A stretch of DNA of 64,000 nt. Source: Eledone cirrhosa. Lineage: Eukaryota. Shown piece by piece: positions 52,865-64,000 of the stretch. Where the stretch lies: assembly GCA_964016885.1 (NCBI GenBank), contig OZ024760.1, positions 29,016,001-29,080,000 of the forward strand. Reading direction: 5' to 3'. Made by a program: the position numbers and the translations under genes. Within the stretch, counting starts at the first letter, position 1. The number at the start of each line of letters is the position of its first letter. A model generated the notes under the pieces. It worked only from the letters and a program-made list of their open reading frames with translations, ran no database searches and was not told the DNA's origin.

Positions 52865-55800
52865 AGTAGACGTCTTGCACATCGGCTCTTCGATTTGGAA
52901 TTTTTACTTGGATTATTTGTGAGTGTATTATTTAAATTGTTTTTTATTATTGACTCTAACCCCTAGTCTGGGACTGTAGACGTAGGGTAAAAATATTTAA
53001 TTCAAAAATGTTTATCGATATCGTTGAAAACGAGGAAGCCATATTGGAAGCTAACGCCATGCCTACCAAAAAAAACGAGAAAGAGGGAACAACAATTCAA
53101 ACTGTTGAACAGCCCCTCCTCTCGAATGAAAAAAAGAATATTAATTCGAATGAAAACGTAAATTTTGAAAAAGATAACAAGAAAATTAACACCGCAAAAG
53201 ATGAAACCAACAACATTACAACAACAAGCAACAAAGACAACAAAATTTCTTTTGCCCAAACGGTCAGGAAAGCTATAGAGTACAAGCCAATAGACATCAC
53301 AAACGCTAAGCAGAACTTGCTAAATGCCAGAAAATACATATCTTTTGGGGAGGATGGTTCTTTTACGATCAACTCTCCAGAAGAAGTTCGCCAACAGGTA
53401 TATAGGAATACCATAACCTTCAGAACGATATCCAACACAACAAGAAAGCCAGCTCAATTGACAGAAAGTCAAATTGAGCTGGTATTGAAAGACATTAAAT
53501 ACTTTTTATTGAAAGAGGAAAGCTGTATGCCAGCATTATGGTCCGAATGAAGGACGAAATGCTGGCTCAAAAATGCTCGGTGGCACCTATAGTGTCACCA
53601 CAATACACCTTCTTCCCCACGTATAAAGGAAGAAGAACTCAGAGACTAAGAATGTGGAGCCCAACGCCAGAAGTTAACATCTGGTCCGTCCTGACAGGAT
53701 TTACGGACCTAGAAAAGGACATCCTTATTTCAGCAGGGGAGTCCACCAGTGGACTGTTCGGGGGGAAAAGTCTGGAGGTTCTCTTACAGATGACACCTGA
53801 GAGAATCGCCGGAATACCCGACCGAGTCCTACTGGATGGGCGAACCTTCATAAATATTACGGGGGAAGGCAGGAGACCCTCATGTTACCACTGCGCTGGC
53901 AGAGGTAACCTGAGGACGGCCTGCCCTCTACTAACAACAAAAAAAACCACTGCTACAAACACAACAACAACAAAAACAACCAGCACCACCACCACAAAAA
54001 CAACAAAATACACTACCATCACCACCACAACGACAACAAAAACCAACAACATCACCTCCACCACCACCACCACCACAACATCAACAACAGCTCAAGAAAA
54101 CAACCCAAAACACGGTCCCACCCAGCCCCTCCCCACAGAACACAAATACAAAAACACACCCAGTTCATACACAACCCGGAGATATACCCCTCCCCTCCAA
54201 TACGGAAGAGGAGCTCATATCGTCGGAAGACGAGGGGGCTCCCTTCCAAAAAGTGAAAAGAAAAAAACGTACACACACCACACAAACAAAAATAACCCCA
54301 CCTGACAACACAACACAGACAACAAAACGCAAACTCACTCAAGAACAACAAGCAAAAACAAACACAACAACACAAAAACTCTACACATACATAAACAAAA
54401 ACAATAAAAACCTAACAGAAAAAATAGAAAACAACCCTTCGGTACAAACCGAAGGGCCGAATTTTGTAACGGCAATGGGACTCCCTAACCTGAAAATGGT
54501 GAAAGTCCCACTTGACATTTTCAAAACTTTGAAAAACATTTACCCTGAGGACGTGGGGCCACCCTGCACCAGGCCACTCAACCGCGTCCTCCTGAAAGGT
54601 TTTCCCCTCCTCAAACACCCACACAACTCCAAACACCCCAACCCCTCCACACACTAATACCCCCACACCACCACAAACCACCACCCCACCCATCAACCCC
54701 TCCACCAGCCCCATGGAAACTGAGCGGCCTGAACCCCAGGACGCAGAGAGGTAAGTGCCTCTTTCTTTGCCACCAACATGGCTGTGTTAAGAGTAGGTTG
54801 TCTAAATGCGCGTGGCCTGGGCTCACCTTGGAAGCAAGCTAAACTTCTAAGTGACCTCAGGTCACAATGTATAAATGTGATGGTTATTTGCGAGGCCCGG
54901 ATCAGCAGCATGCGACAGCTAGCCCCCACCTTTGATGACTTTGAGATGCACGCATCTCTCTGTCAGCCCGGAGGTGGGGGTGGGGTTGTCGTTCTGCTGC
55001 AAAAACATCTGGGTCTCGCTACACAGACGGTACACTTGGACCCGGAGGGTCGACTCGTAGTTCTGGACCTTGGCAATGGTGAAGGCAAAGCTTTTAGGCT
55101 TGTCGCCGTATACGCCCCTTTTGGGGCAATGCGGTTGGACTTCTTCCATCGTCTGGAGACTTTTCTAGGCACGTCCCGCTCCTTGCTTTTAGTGGGGGAC
55201 TGGAATGGTATCCTAGATGCACGTTGGGACTATGTAGGGGCATGTCCCGATAGAGGGGGGGTGTAACAGCCTTAAGGGGTTAATCGGCCGATTTGACCTG
55301 GCCGATAGATACCGACTAGATTTTCCGACTGTGCCAACCTGGACTTGGTCAAATAACAGTGGTCAATCTAGATCGTACCTAGATAGGTTCTTAGTTAGAA
55401 TTAAGGATCGGGACTTTTTAAGTTGTCCAGAAATGCTCATGGTGGGCTATTCAGACCACAAGTTAGGGACCTGCGTAGTCCACCTTGATAGAACGCATAG
55501 GCAGGGACCCGGTTACTGGAAGCTCAACTTGTCCTTACCGGCAAGTAGAGCTTACAGGGACCGGATTAGAACCTTAGTTAAGGAGCGGTTGACGGGCGCC
55601 ATCGTCAACAGCAGGTGGTGGGGCTCTCTAAAAAGAGAGATTAGAGTAGTTTCAATAGGAGTTAGTAAGGAGTTAGCCTCTGATAGAAATAGGAAGGAAA
55701 GGGAGTTGGTAGTTAATGTTGAAGAGGTAATGAGAAGCGGCAACGTGGCCAGAGTGCAAGCGTCGAGAACGGCCTTGAACCAGTTCTTCGACGCGAAACA

Positions 55801-58445
55801 CGAAGGCTGCGTTGTTCGAAGCAAAATACATGCTCTGGGAAACGAGGGGACCAAAGCTGTTAGCTGGGCCCACGTGACAGAAGCGAAAAGTGGGATTAAA
55901 TCCACTATCCGGTCTTTGCGAGACCAGGATGGACGGGTGATCCTTGAACCTAAGCAAATGTGCGAGGCCTTTCAAAGGCACTTTGCCCAATTGTTCGGGA
56001 GGTGCAGGGGGCCGGTTGGAGATGTGGATTTCGGTCCATACCTCGACGGCCTGCCGCGTCTTTCGGACAAGGAGGCGAGGTCCTGCGACAGGCCGATCTC
56101 AGCTGCTGAAATAGGGGACGTGCTGAGCCTATGCGGCAAACGCAAATCTCCAGGGTTCGATGGTCTGCTCTACGAACTATATATTAATATGCCAGACTTG
56201 TTCCCCGATCTCCTCGAGGCGGTCTACTGCAACTGGCAACAGAACGGGAGAATTCCCTGTTCTGTGACCAAGGGCGTAGTCTCGCTAGTGAGGAAGGACG
56301 AGGACAAGGGGGATGACATTAGTAATTTTAGGCCCATAACTCTGCTAAATGCAGAGTTAAAGATTTTGGCCAAGGTGTTAGCGAAGAGGTTGGCGCTTGT
56401 CGTGGGGCCTGGTGGGAGATGCGCAGACATGCGCTATCCCGTCCAGGTCCATCCACGACAACCTCCACCTCATGCGATACATCATAGAGAGGGTTGGGAA
56501 CGAACCCGGCTTTGGTGGGGCCCTGATAAATTTAGATCAGTCGAAAGCGTTCGATAGGGTGGACCATGGTTACCTGGATGCGGTGCTAGCGGCGGCTGGG
56601 TTCGAACCCGTTTTCAGGGGCTGGATCACTGCCATGCACAGCAGCCGCATCTGCTCTAGAGTTAAGGTGAACGGCTACCTATCGGAGCCGTTCGAAATCA
56701 CCCGCTCCATCCGACAGGGATGCCCTCTCTCCTCCCTTCTGTATGTATTGGCTCTCGAGCCACTACTGCGGAAGTTGGAGTTGTTGCAGGGCATCCCTTT
56801 AGAACCGGGATTGCGCAAAGCGGTGTCGGCCTATGCCGATGACGTAACAGTAATGGTGTCGACCACCTCGGAAATCGAGGCAATCGGCACCTTACTGGAG
56901 GAGTACGAAAGGTTGACAGGGGCTAAGCTGAACCGGGACAAGTCAGTCGCTTTGCAACTCGGCGAGTGGAGGGGCAAAGCGATGTCGTGCGACGGTATCG
57001 TCAGACAGTGGACGGAGGGCCCGGTGAAGTTGCTTGGGGTCTGGTTCGGACCGGACCTCCAGGTGGAGAAAAACTGGGGTGAGGTGACGAATAGGGTGTT
57101 TGCACTGACCCAGAAGTGGGCCTGGGTGCAAACTATCCCTGAAAGGTTGGGCGGAGGTGGCGAACGCTTACATAGCGTCCGTCATCTATTACCGCTTGAC
57201 TGTCGTGCCTTGCCCGGGTGAGATCCTCGCCAAAATGGAATGGGCCCTCTTTTATTTCCTTTGGAAGAAGAGGTCTCCTCTGGTGAGGAGATCCATCTGC
57301 TGTCAACACCCTTTGAAAGGAGGGCTGGGGATGCCGTGGCTAAAAATGCGTTAACACGCATTGAGGCTAAGGCACATCCAGGTATTCCTCACCGGTCAAC
57401 CGGTGTGGGCCCCGTTTGTGAGGCGAGCCTTGCCGAGGCTCGTCTCGCTCACCGAGCTGCAGTCCTGGGTGAAGCAAAGACCGAGAAAACTGGGCGCCTG
57501 GCACACCGAGTGTGCCCAGGCGCTCACGGCTCTCTGGCAGGCGGACCCGGCTATCGACGGAGACTCCACCTCATCATTCTATAGAGGGCTGGTGGTTAGC
57601 AGGTGCGACGACGCCCTCGGAGAAACCCTAGGCATGGAGGAGGACGAACTGGCCAGTCTATTCGGTAGGACTTTTGGCCCGGGACCTATGGACAACTTCC
57701 AGAAGTCCTTGGCCTGGCAGTGCTACCGAGGGGCTCTGCCCGTTCGGGATAAGCTCTACAGACACGGGCGCCCGGGTAGGGACCCCTCGAAAAAGATCTG
57801 TCCCAGATGCATGCGCGACGAGGAAACGTCGCACATGCATTGGTGCACTGCCCGGGCGTTGCCGATCTGTGGGGCTATGTCGAACAACTACTGTCACGAG
57901 TGGGACCAATCAGGTTGACCACCAAGTCCATTGTAACGATCAAACCGCCTCCGCCCTTCAAAAATGAAGGAGAGGCAGTCTTCCTCTGTGTAATAGCCAT
58001 GGTAAAAGAGGCTATATGGTGGACGCGTCTGAAAGGGCTGAGTTTGGACACCTTTCTTTCTGGCCAACAACTGGTCCTTTTCTTCCGATACCATTTCGGA
58101 AGAAGGATCAGGATGGAGAGAGGTACTCCACCCCAGCCAGTTTTATGAAAGGTGGGTGAAAGTTGCGAGAATGGCCCGTGTGAATGGGCCTTCTCTTTAT
58201 ATCAGCCTGTAGGTGGAAAAGGATGAAGGAAGAAGGAAGCACCCTCTCTTTGTGCTCCCGTGGAGAAGGGTCGCACATTTTTTCGGGGGTGTGTGTGACC
58301 CCAAAACGATCCCTCCCTATTGAGGACCTTCTTGTTACTATTTTGTTTGTTATATTTTTCTTACTCGATTTTTATGTAAACTCCCCCCACCCATGTACAT
58401 GTCCCTTTCTTTTGTGCCCTAGTGGCAAATAAACAGAAATTTGTC
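52865..58445 (+). mobile_element. Near full-length Tx1/L1-clade LINE, frameshifted
   Basis: ORF1 53008-54657 (zinc-knuckle remnant CYHC...GNLRTAC, Thr-rich linker). ORF2 54778-58212: CLNARGL, AVYAP, GDWN, SYLDRF, SDH, GYWKLN, KSPGFDGL, FRPITLLN, LDQSKAFDRV, RQGCPLS, YADD, KLLGVWF, CPRC..EET..H..C. Several stops and frameshifts. Confidence 0.96.
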
Positions 58446-59168
58446 TGTCTGTATGTCAGGCTGTCTGTCTGTATGTCTGTCAGTCTGTCTGTATGTCAGC
58501 TTGTCTTCAGATTATCAGTTTGTCTGTCTGTAACATCTTCACTGACATAGGATGGTGATCAGTGATCGGTAGTGATCGGTAATGATTGGTGATCAATAAT
58601 GCTACTTAGAACAGTGAAAGAGAAGAGGATGGATCCCTATTATTTGGAAGTTAGTTCAGAGGTGAGGATGTGTGGGGTAGAGGTTGGGGTGGTGGTGGGG
58701 CGGCGTGGTGGTGGTGGTGTGTATGTATGTGTGTGTGTGTGTGTGTGTGTGAGGGGGGGGTAGTGAAGGTGGTGGTAGTGTAGCAGTAGGAATTACTGAA
58801 TGTTGCTAGTAGCACGGCAGATATAATATAATATGATATATAATATAATATATATTATAGAACATAGAATATAAGTCCCACCTCCAACTGTCTTAATTTG
58901 CCTCTACTGTTTCGTGTTAACCTACCACCACCACCACTACTACTACCACCTCTACCACCACCACCACCACCGCCACCGCAACCACTTCACTACCACCACT
59001 ACTACCACCACCACTACACTACCACCACTACCACCACCACTACCATCACTACTAACACCACTACACTACCACCACCACCACCACTACTACCACAACCAAT
59101 ACCATCACCACCACCGCCGCCACCACCACCACCATGTACACATGCTCTGAATCAACTTCATCATTATA

Positions 59169-59199
<31 letters not shown>

Positions 59200-59363
59200 C
59201 ATATATGTGTGTATACATATATATATAGATATATGTGTGTGTGTATATACATATATATATCTGTATGTATTTGACAGCCAAGAGAAAAGAGTACTCAATA
59301 CTGAAGCATATTTTAAATATTTATTAAGGCTAAATAAGTCTTATTACTCTAGAGTTTCCCTTG

Positions 59364-59405
<42 letters not shown>

Positions 59406-59992
59406 AGGAGGTGAGTTTTTGAAATGCGCATAATAAAACACATGGAACTCTTTTAACCATATTTTGATCTTATATTATATATATATATATATATATATCT
59501 ATGTATATATATATATATATATATCTATGTATATATATATATATATAGGAAAATATTTGACCCCGACGGCAGAGCTCAAGCCGTTTTGACGGCTATTTCA
59601 GAAATAGCCGTCGAAACGGCTTGAGCTCTGCCGTCGGGGTCAAACATTTTCCTATTACCCACTCTACTACCCTAAGTATTGAGTACTCTGGTGCGTTATG
59701 GTCAATCTGGTTCCTTACCACACCACCTTCATTATATATATATATATGAAAAGTGTAATTTACTACACAAAATGAAGGTTATAGAGAAAATTGAGGTTGG
59801 TAATGGCACATGGAATATATAAGAGACAGAATACTTTTTTGTGAAAAAACATATAATTTTATAAGGTAAGGAAATAATAAAGTGTATATATATATATAAC
59901 TGTTGTGTTACCACTTCTATCAAACTCGTCCCATGGACTGAGTGCTCTACCACTACGGATATTACCTTCCAGTGTTCTACCACTATATATAT

Positions 59993-60445
59993 CATCATCA
60001 TCATCGTTTAACGTCTTTCTTCCACGCTAGCAAGGGTTAGACGGGAGTTGTCCCACTTGAAGCAAGATTGGTCGGGTGACCTTGTCTCGCTCATATAGGA
60101 CTATCTGGCAGGTTTTCTACGGCTGGATGCCCTTCCTAACACCAACTACATTTACAGTGTGGACTGGGAGGTTTTTACCATGTTACCTACACGCCACATT
60201 ACAGCGTGGACTGTGTGTTTTTTTTTCTTGTGACACCTACACGATCTCGATCGTAATTATATATATATATGTCCAACACCGTAAATGTGGTTGGTGTTAG
60301 GAAGAGCATCCAGCCGTAGAAAACCTGCCAGATAGTCGTATATGAGCGAGACAAGGTCACCCGACCAATCTTGCCTCAAGTGGGACAAAACTGTCTAACC
60401 CATGCTAGCGTGGGAGATGGACGTTAAACGATGATGATGATGATA
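59993..60445. mobile_element. Two RTE-tail elements in inverted (divergent) arrangement
   Basis: 59993-60255(-) and 60270-60445(+) share ~165 bp as reverse complements, with (GAT)n tails pointing outward. Confidence 0.8.
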
Positions 60446-60478
60446 TATTTATATATATACATGTACATATATATGTGT

Positions 60479-60525
<47 letters not shown>

Positions 60526-60541
60526 GATATATATGTGTGTG

Positions 60542-60583
<42 letters not shown>

Positions 60584-60629
60584 TATATATGTGTATATGT
60601 GTATATATATATGCACACACACACATATA

Positions 60630-60662
<33 letters not shown>

Positions 60663-62200
60663 GCACACACACACACATATATATATATGTGTGTGTGTGT
60701 GTATATATATGCACACACACACATATATATATGAGTGTGTGTGTATATATATATATATATATGAACACACACACACACACACACACACACATGCTGCTTG
60801 CTATCTGCTGGTGTTAATATCTCCGTTGCTCTGCCGTACATTTGTTTAATGAGAAGTTGTGAATCTCTCTCCTCTGCTTTGTACTGCTGCTGCTGCTATT
60901 GCTGCTGCTGCTGTTGCTGTTGTTACTGTTGTTGCTGTTGCTGTTGTTGCTGTTGTTGTTGTTTCTGCTGCTGTTGTTGTTGTTGTTGTTACTGTATATA
61001 CTTGTATATGTGTGTGCATATGATTCTGTATGTGTGTGTGTATATTTATGTGTCAGTGTGTGCAAATGATGATTTATGTGTGTGTATATCTATGTGTATT
61101 TATGTGTCAGTGTGTTTGAAGGATGATGTATGTGTGTATCTATGTGTATTTATGTGTTAATGCAAGTGTGTGTCAGTCAGTGTGTGAGTGTGACTGTTTT
61201 TATGCACTAGTGTGTGAGTGTGAGTGTGACTATGCATTAGTGTGAGCGTGACTGTGTGTATTTATGCATTAGTGTGTGTGTGTGAGTGTGACTATTTGTA
61301 TTTATGCACTAGTGTGTGAGTGTGACTGTGTATTTATGCATTAGTGTGTGTGTGTGAGTGTGACTATTTGTATTTATGCACTAGTGTGTGAGTGTGACTG
61401 TGTATTTATGCATTAGTGTGTGTGTGTGAGTGTGACTATTTGTATTTATGCACTAGTGTGTGAGTGTGACTGTGTATTTATGCATTAATGTATGAGTCTG
61501 TGTGTGTGTTTGACTATTTATGCAATAAAGTGTGTCAGTGTGTGTGTGACTGTATTTATGCATTAATGTGTGTGTGTCAGTGTCAGTGTATGTGTCAGTG
61601 TATGTGTCAGTGTATATGTCAGTGTGTGTGTCAGTCTGTCAGTGTGTGTGTGTGTGATGTATTAATTCACACGTGCTAGCTGTAGCAGTACAGTGAACAG
61701 TTGTCGCTCTATAGACATCATGGCCTTGTTACTTTTTACCTGAAATAAGCTTTGGATTTATTTTTACCTGGCTCGTACTTGTTGTTGTTGTCGTCATTGC
61801 TTCTGTCAGCAAAACAAAACAACTACAGCAACATTTATAACACTTGTAACAAACACTAACAACATAAAAATGTTTTCAGTGATTTTGGAGATAAATTTAA
61901 ACCTTTGATTAATTATTTTGTTTTTAAAATTCTTCCTGTCTCTCTGAAATACCTTTCATTTCACCTGCTACCACCACCACCGCTACCACCACCACCACCA
62001 CCACCACCACCACCACTAATGTTTACATTAGTGTTTATTCTTACCTCCTTCGATGCTTGAAATCTGTGATCTTCTGAAAACTTCTCACCATCCGACACCA
62101 ATATAACCCCATCTTCATCACTACCACCCACTTTATACCCATTACATCTACCCTCAAATTGTGTCCCCTTTACATAACATCAACAGCAAAGAAAAGAAAC

Positions 62201-62246
<46 letters not shown>

Positions 62247-62372
62247 CGTTTCTGAATTTGTTTAACAATATATATATATATAGTAATTACAAAGACCAAA
62301 ATCCGAAGGGGGCTCGATAAGGATTATATATATATATACATATATATAAAAACCTGTAGAGCGAATATTTAT

Positions 62373-62440
62373 TATTAGTACTGAAGATCCCGTAGTAGGA
62401 TGAAAGCAGAAATTCTTTGCTTAAACTTTAATCTGTACAA
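62373..62440 (+). ncRNA. Hammerhead-like motif, helix III/I register uncertain
   Basis: tattagta-CTGAAGA-tcccgtagtaggat-GAAA-gcaga...tctgtac. Related pieces at 25771-25806 and 63945-64000(-). Confidence 0.45.
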
Positions 62441-62461
62441 AAAATAGATATATACACATAT

Positions 62462-62536
<75 letters not shown>

Positions 62537-62639
62537 TTAGCTTTAAACTATCTCTGTTTTTGTATTAATAATTATATATATATATATATATATCTACGTA
62601 TATATATATACATACATACATATATATATACATATATAT

Positions 62640-62672
<33 letters not shown>

Positions 62673-62749
62673 TATACTCACTCACGATACTTTACAGCTG
62701 TGATTTTCTTAAAACTTCTCACCACCTCCCAAAATATCCATTATTTCTA

Positions 62750-63195
62750 CCACCATCACCACCCACTCTATACTCCACCATCTATCCCGTCCCCCTGCTG
62801 TCACCACCACCCACTCTATACTCCACCATCTATCCCGTCCCCCTGCTGTCACCCCCACCCACTCTATACTCCACCATCTATCCCGTCCCCCTGCTGTCAC
62901 CCCCACCCACTCTATACTCCACCATCTCTCCTGTCCTCCTACTGTCACCCCCACACACTCTATACTCCACCATCTCTCCCGTCCCCCTACTGTCACCCCC
63001 ACCCTCTCTATACTCCACCATCTCTCCCGTCCCCCCTACTGTCACCCCCACCCACTCTATACTCCACCATCTATCCCGTCCCTCTACTGTCACCCCCACC
63101 CTCTCTATACTCCACCATCTCTCCCGTCCCCCCTACTGTCACCCCCACCCACTCTATACTCCACCATCTTTCCTGTCCCCCTACTGTCACCCCCA
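62750..63195. repeat. 48-bp minisatellite, ~9 copies
   Basis: (ccacccactctatactccaccatctatcccgtccccctgctgtcaccc)n. Confidence 0.92.
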
Positions 63196-63262
63196 ACTAT
63201 CCAACCACACCAACGATAAGTAATGTCCATTGATGTTTAGCAGATCGGAAGATAGTTTTTAG

Positions 63263-63356
63263 GCCTCGGATTTTCTTAAAAGTCCTCCTGTCCCTCCACA
63301 AATACCCGTCTCTTGTCATCACAAACACCCTCTTCATACCCTTGACACCTGCCCCT
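63263..63356 (+). CDS. Possible host exon (94 bp)
   Basis: gtttttag acceptor, gtaagt donor, open frame ASDFLKSPPVPPQIPVSCHHKHPLHTLDTCP. The minus strand is also open, so the strand is ambiguous. Confidence 0.3.
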
Positions 63357-63489
63357 GTAAGTTCTGTCCCCCCCCCCCCACACGATAACAACAACAACAA
63401 TATCAACAACAACCACAACAACAGTGAAAATATGTTCACTATTTCTTACATTGGTGCTACTTTAAGATTGTGATGTGATTTGGGTTGAA

Positions 63490-63530
<41 letters not shown>

Positions 63531-63848
63531 TTTACTTTACACACACACACGTATATATATATATACACCCACCTACATATATACACACCTCTGGCTAAGT
63601 CAATGAAACATAAATTGCCACAAAAACTCATCCGGACTTACCACGATGTTGATTGGAGTAAGTTATTACCTTTTTTTTGTTTTGAATTTTTAAATTGATA
63701 ACAATATATATATATAAATGGTTGAATCTATATATAAATATATATATATATATAGTAATAATAATGAAATTATTGTGTACAGTGCTCAGGTGCACTACAA
63801 CTCATCAAAAGTGCATGTATAGTACATAGAATAATGTACAAATGTCAG

Positions 63849-63917
<69 letters not shown>

Positions 63918-64000
63918 TATATGAACCTAGAGAGAAAATATCTATTATTAGTACAGATTAAAGTTTAAGCAAAGAATCGTTGTTTTTACCCTATTACAGG

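Noticed and set aside
60790-60890. Protein-like minus-strand frame YKAEERDSQLLIKQMYGRATEILTPADSK (also 61670-61738)
   Set aside because: Lacks a pyrimidine-rich acceptor or consensus donor and cannot be supported without RNA data.

Overview
AT-rich, microsatellite-saturated eukaryotic DNA. The (TA)n/(CA)n density and the SINE/LINE types suggest an octopod cephalopod, which is an inference. Almost all ORFs in the track are simple-repeat artefacts. Recognisable content: a near full-length but disrupted Tx1/L1-clade LINE (52.9-58.4 kb) plus a truncated copy; RTE-clade LINE fragments (one 3 kb, one 5'-inverted); a CR1-like fragment; two Penelope-like (PLE) coding remnants; many tRNA-derived SINEs; small TIR elements; several minisatellites; and one or two candidate host exons. 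The main unannotated signal is about 20 type I hammerhead ribozyme (HHR) motifs, intact, variant or half. They sit in at least 8 sequence-unrelated, mostly non-coding 150-900 bp elements that usually lie between (TA)n tracts and are built as fold-backs and/or 1.1-1.2-mer tandems, resembling PLE pLTR-derived elements or retrozymes. All calls were read by eye; no searches or folding programs were run, and boundaries are approximate.
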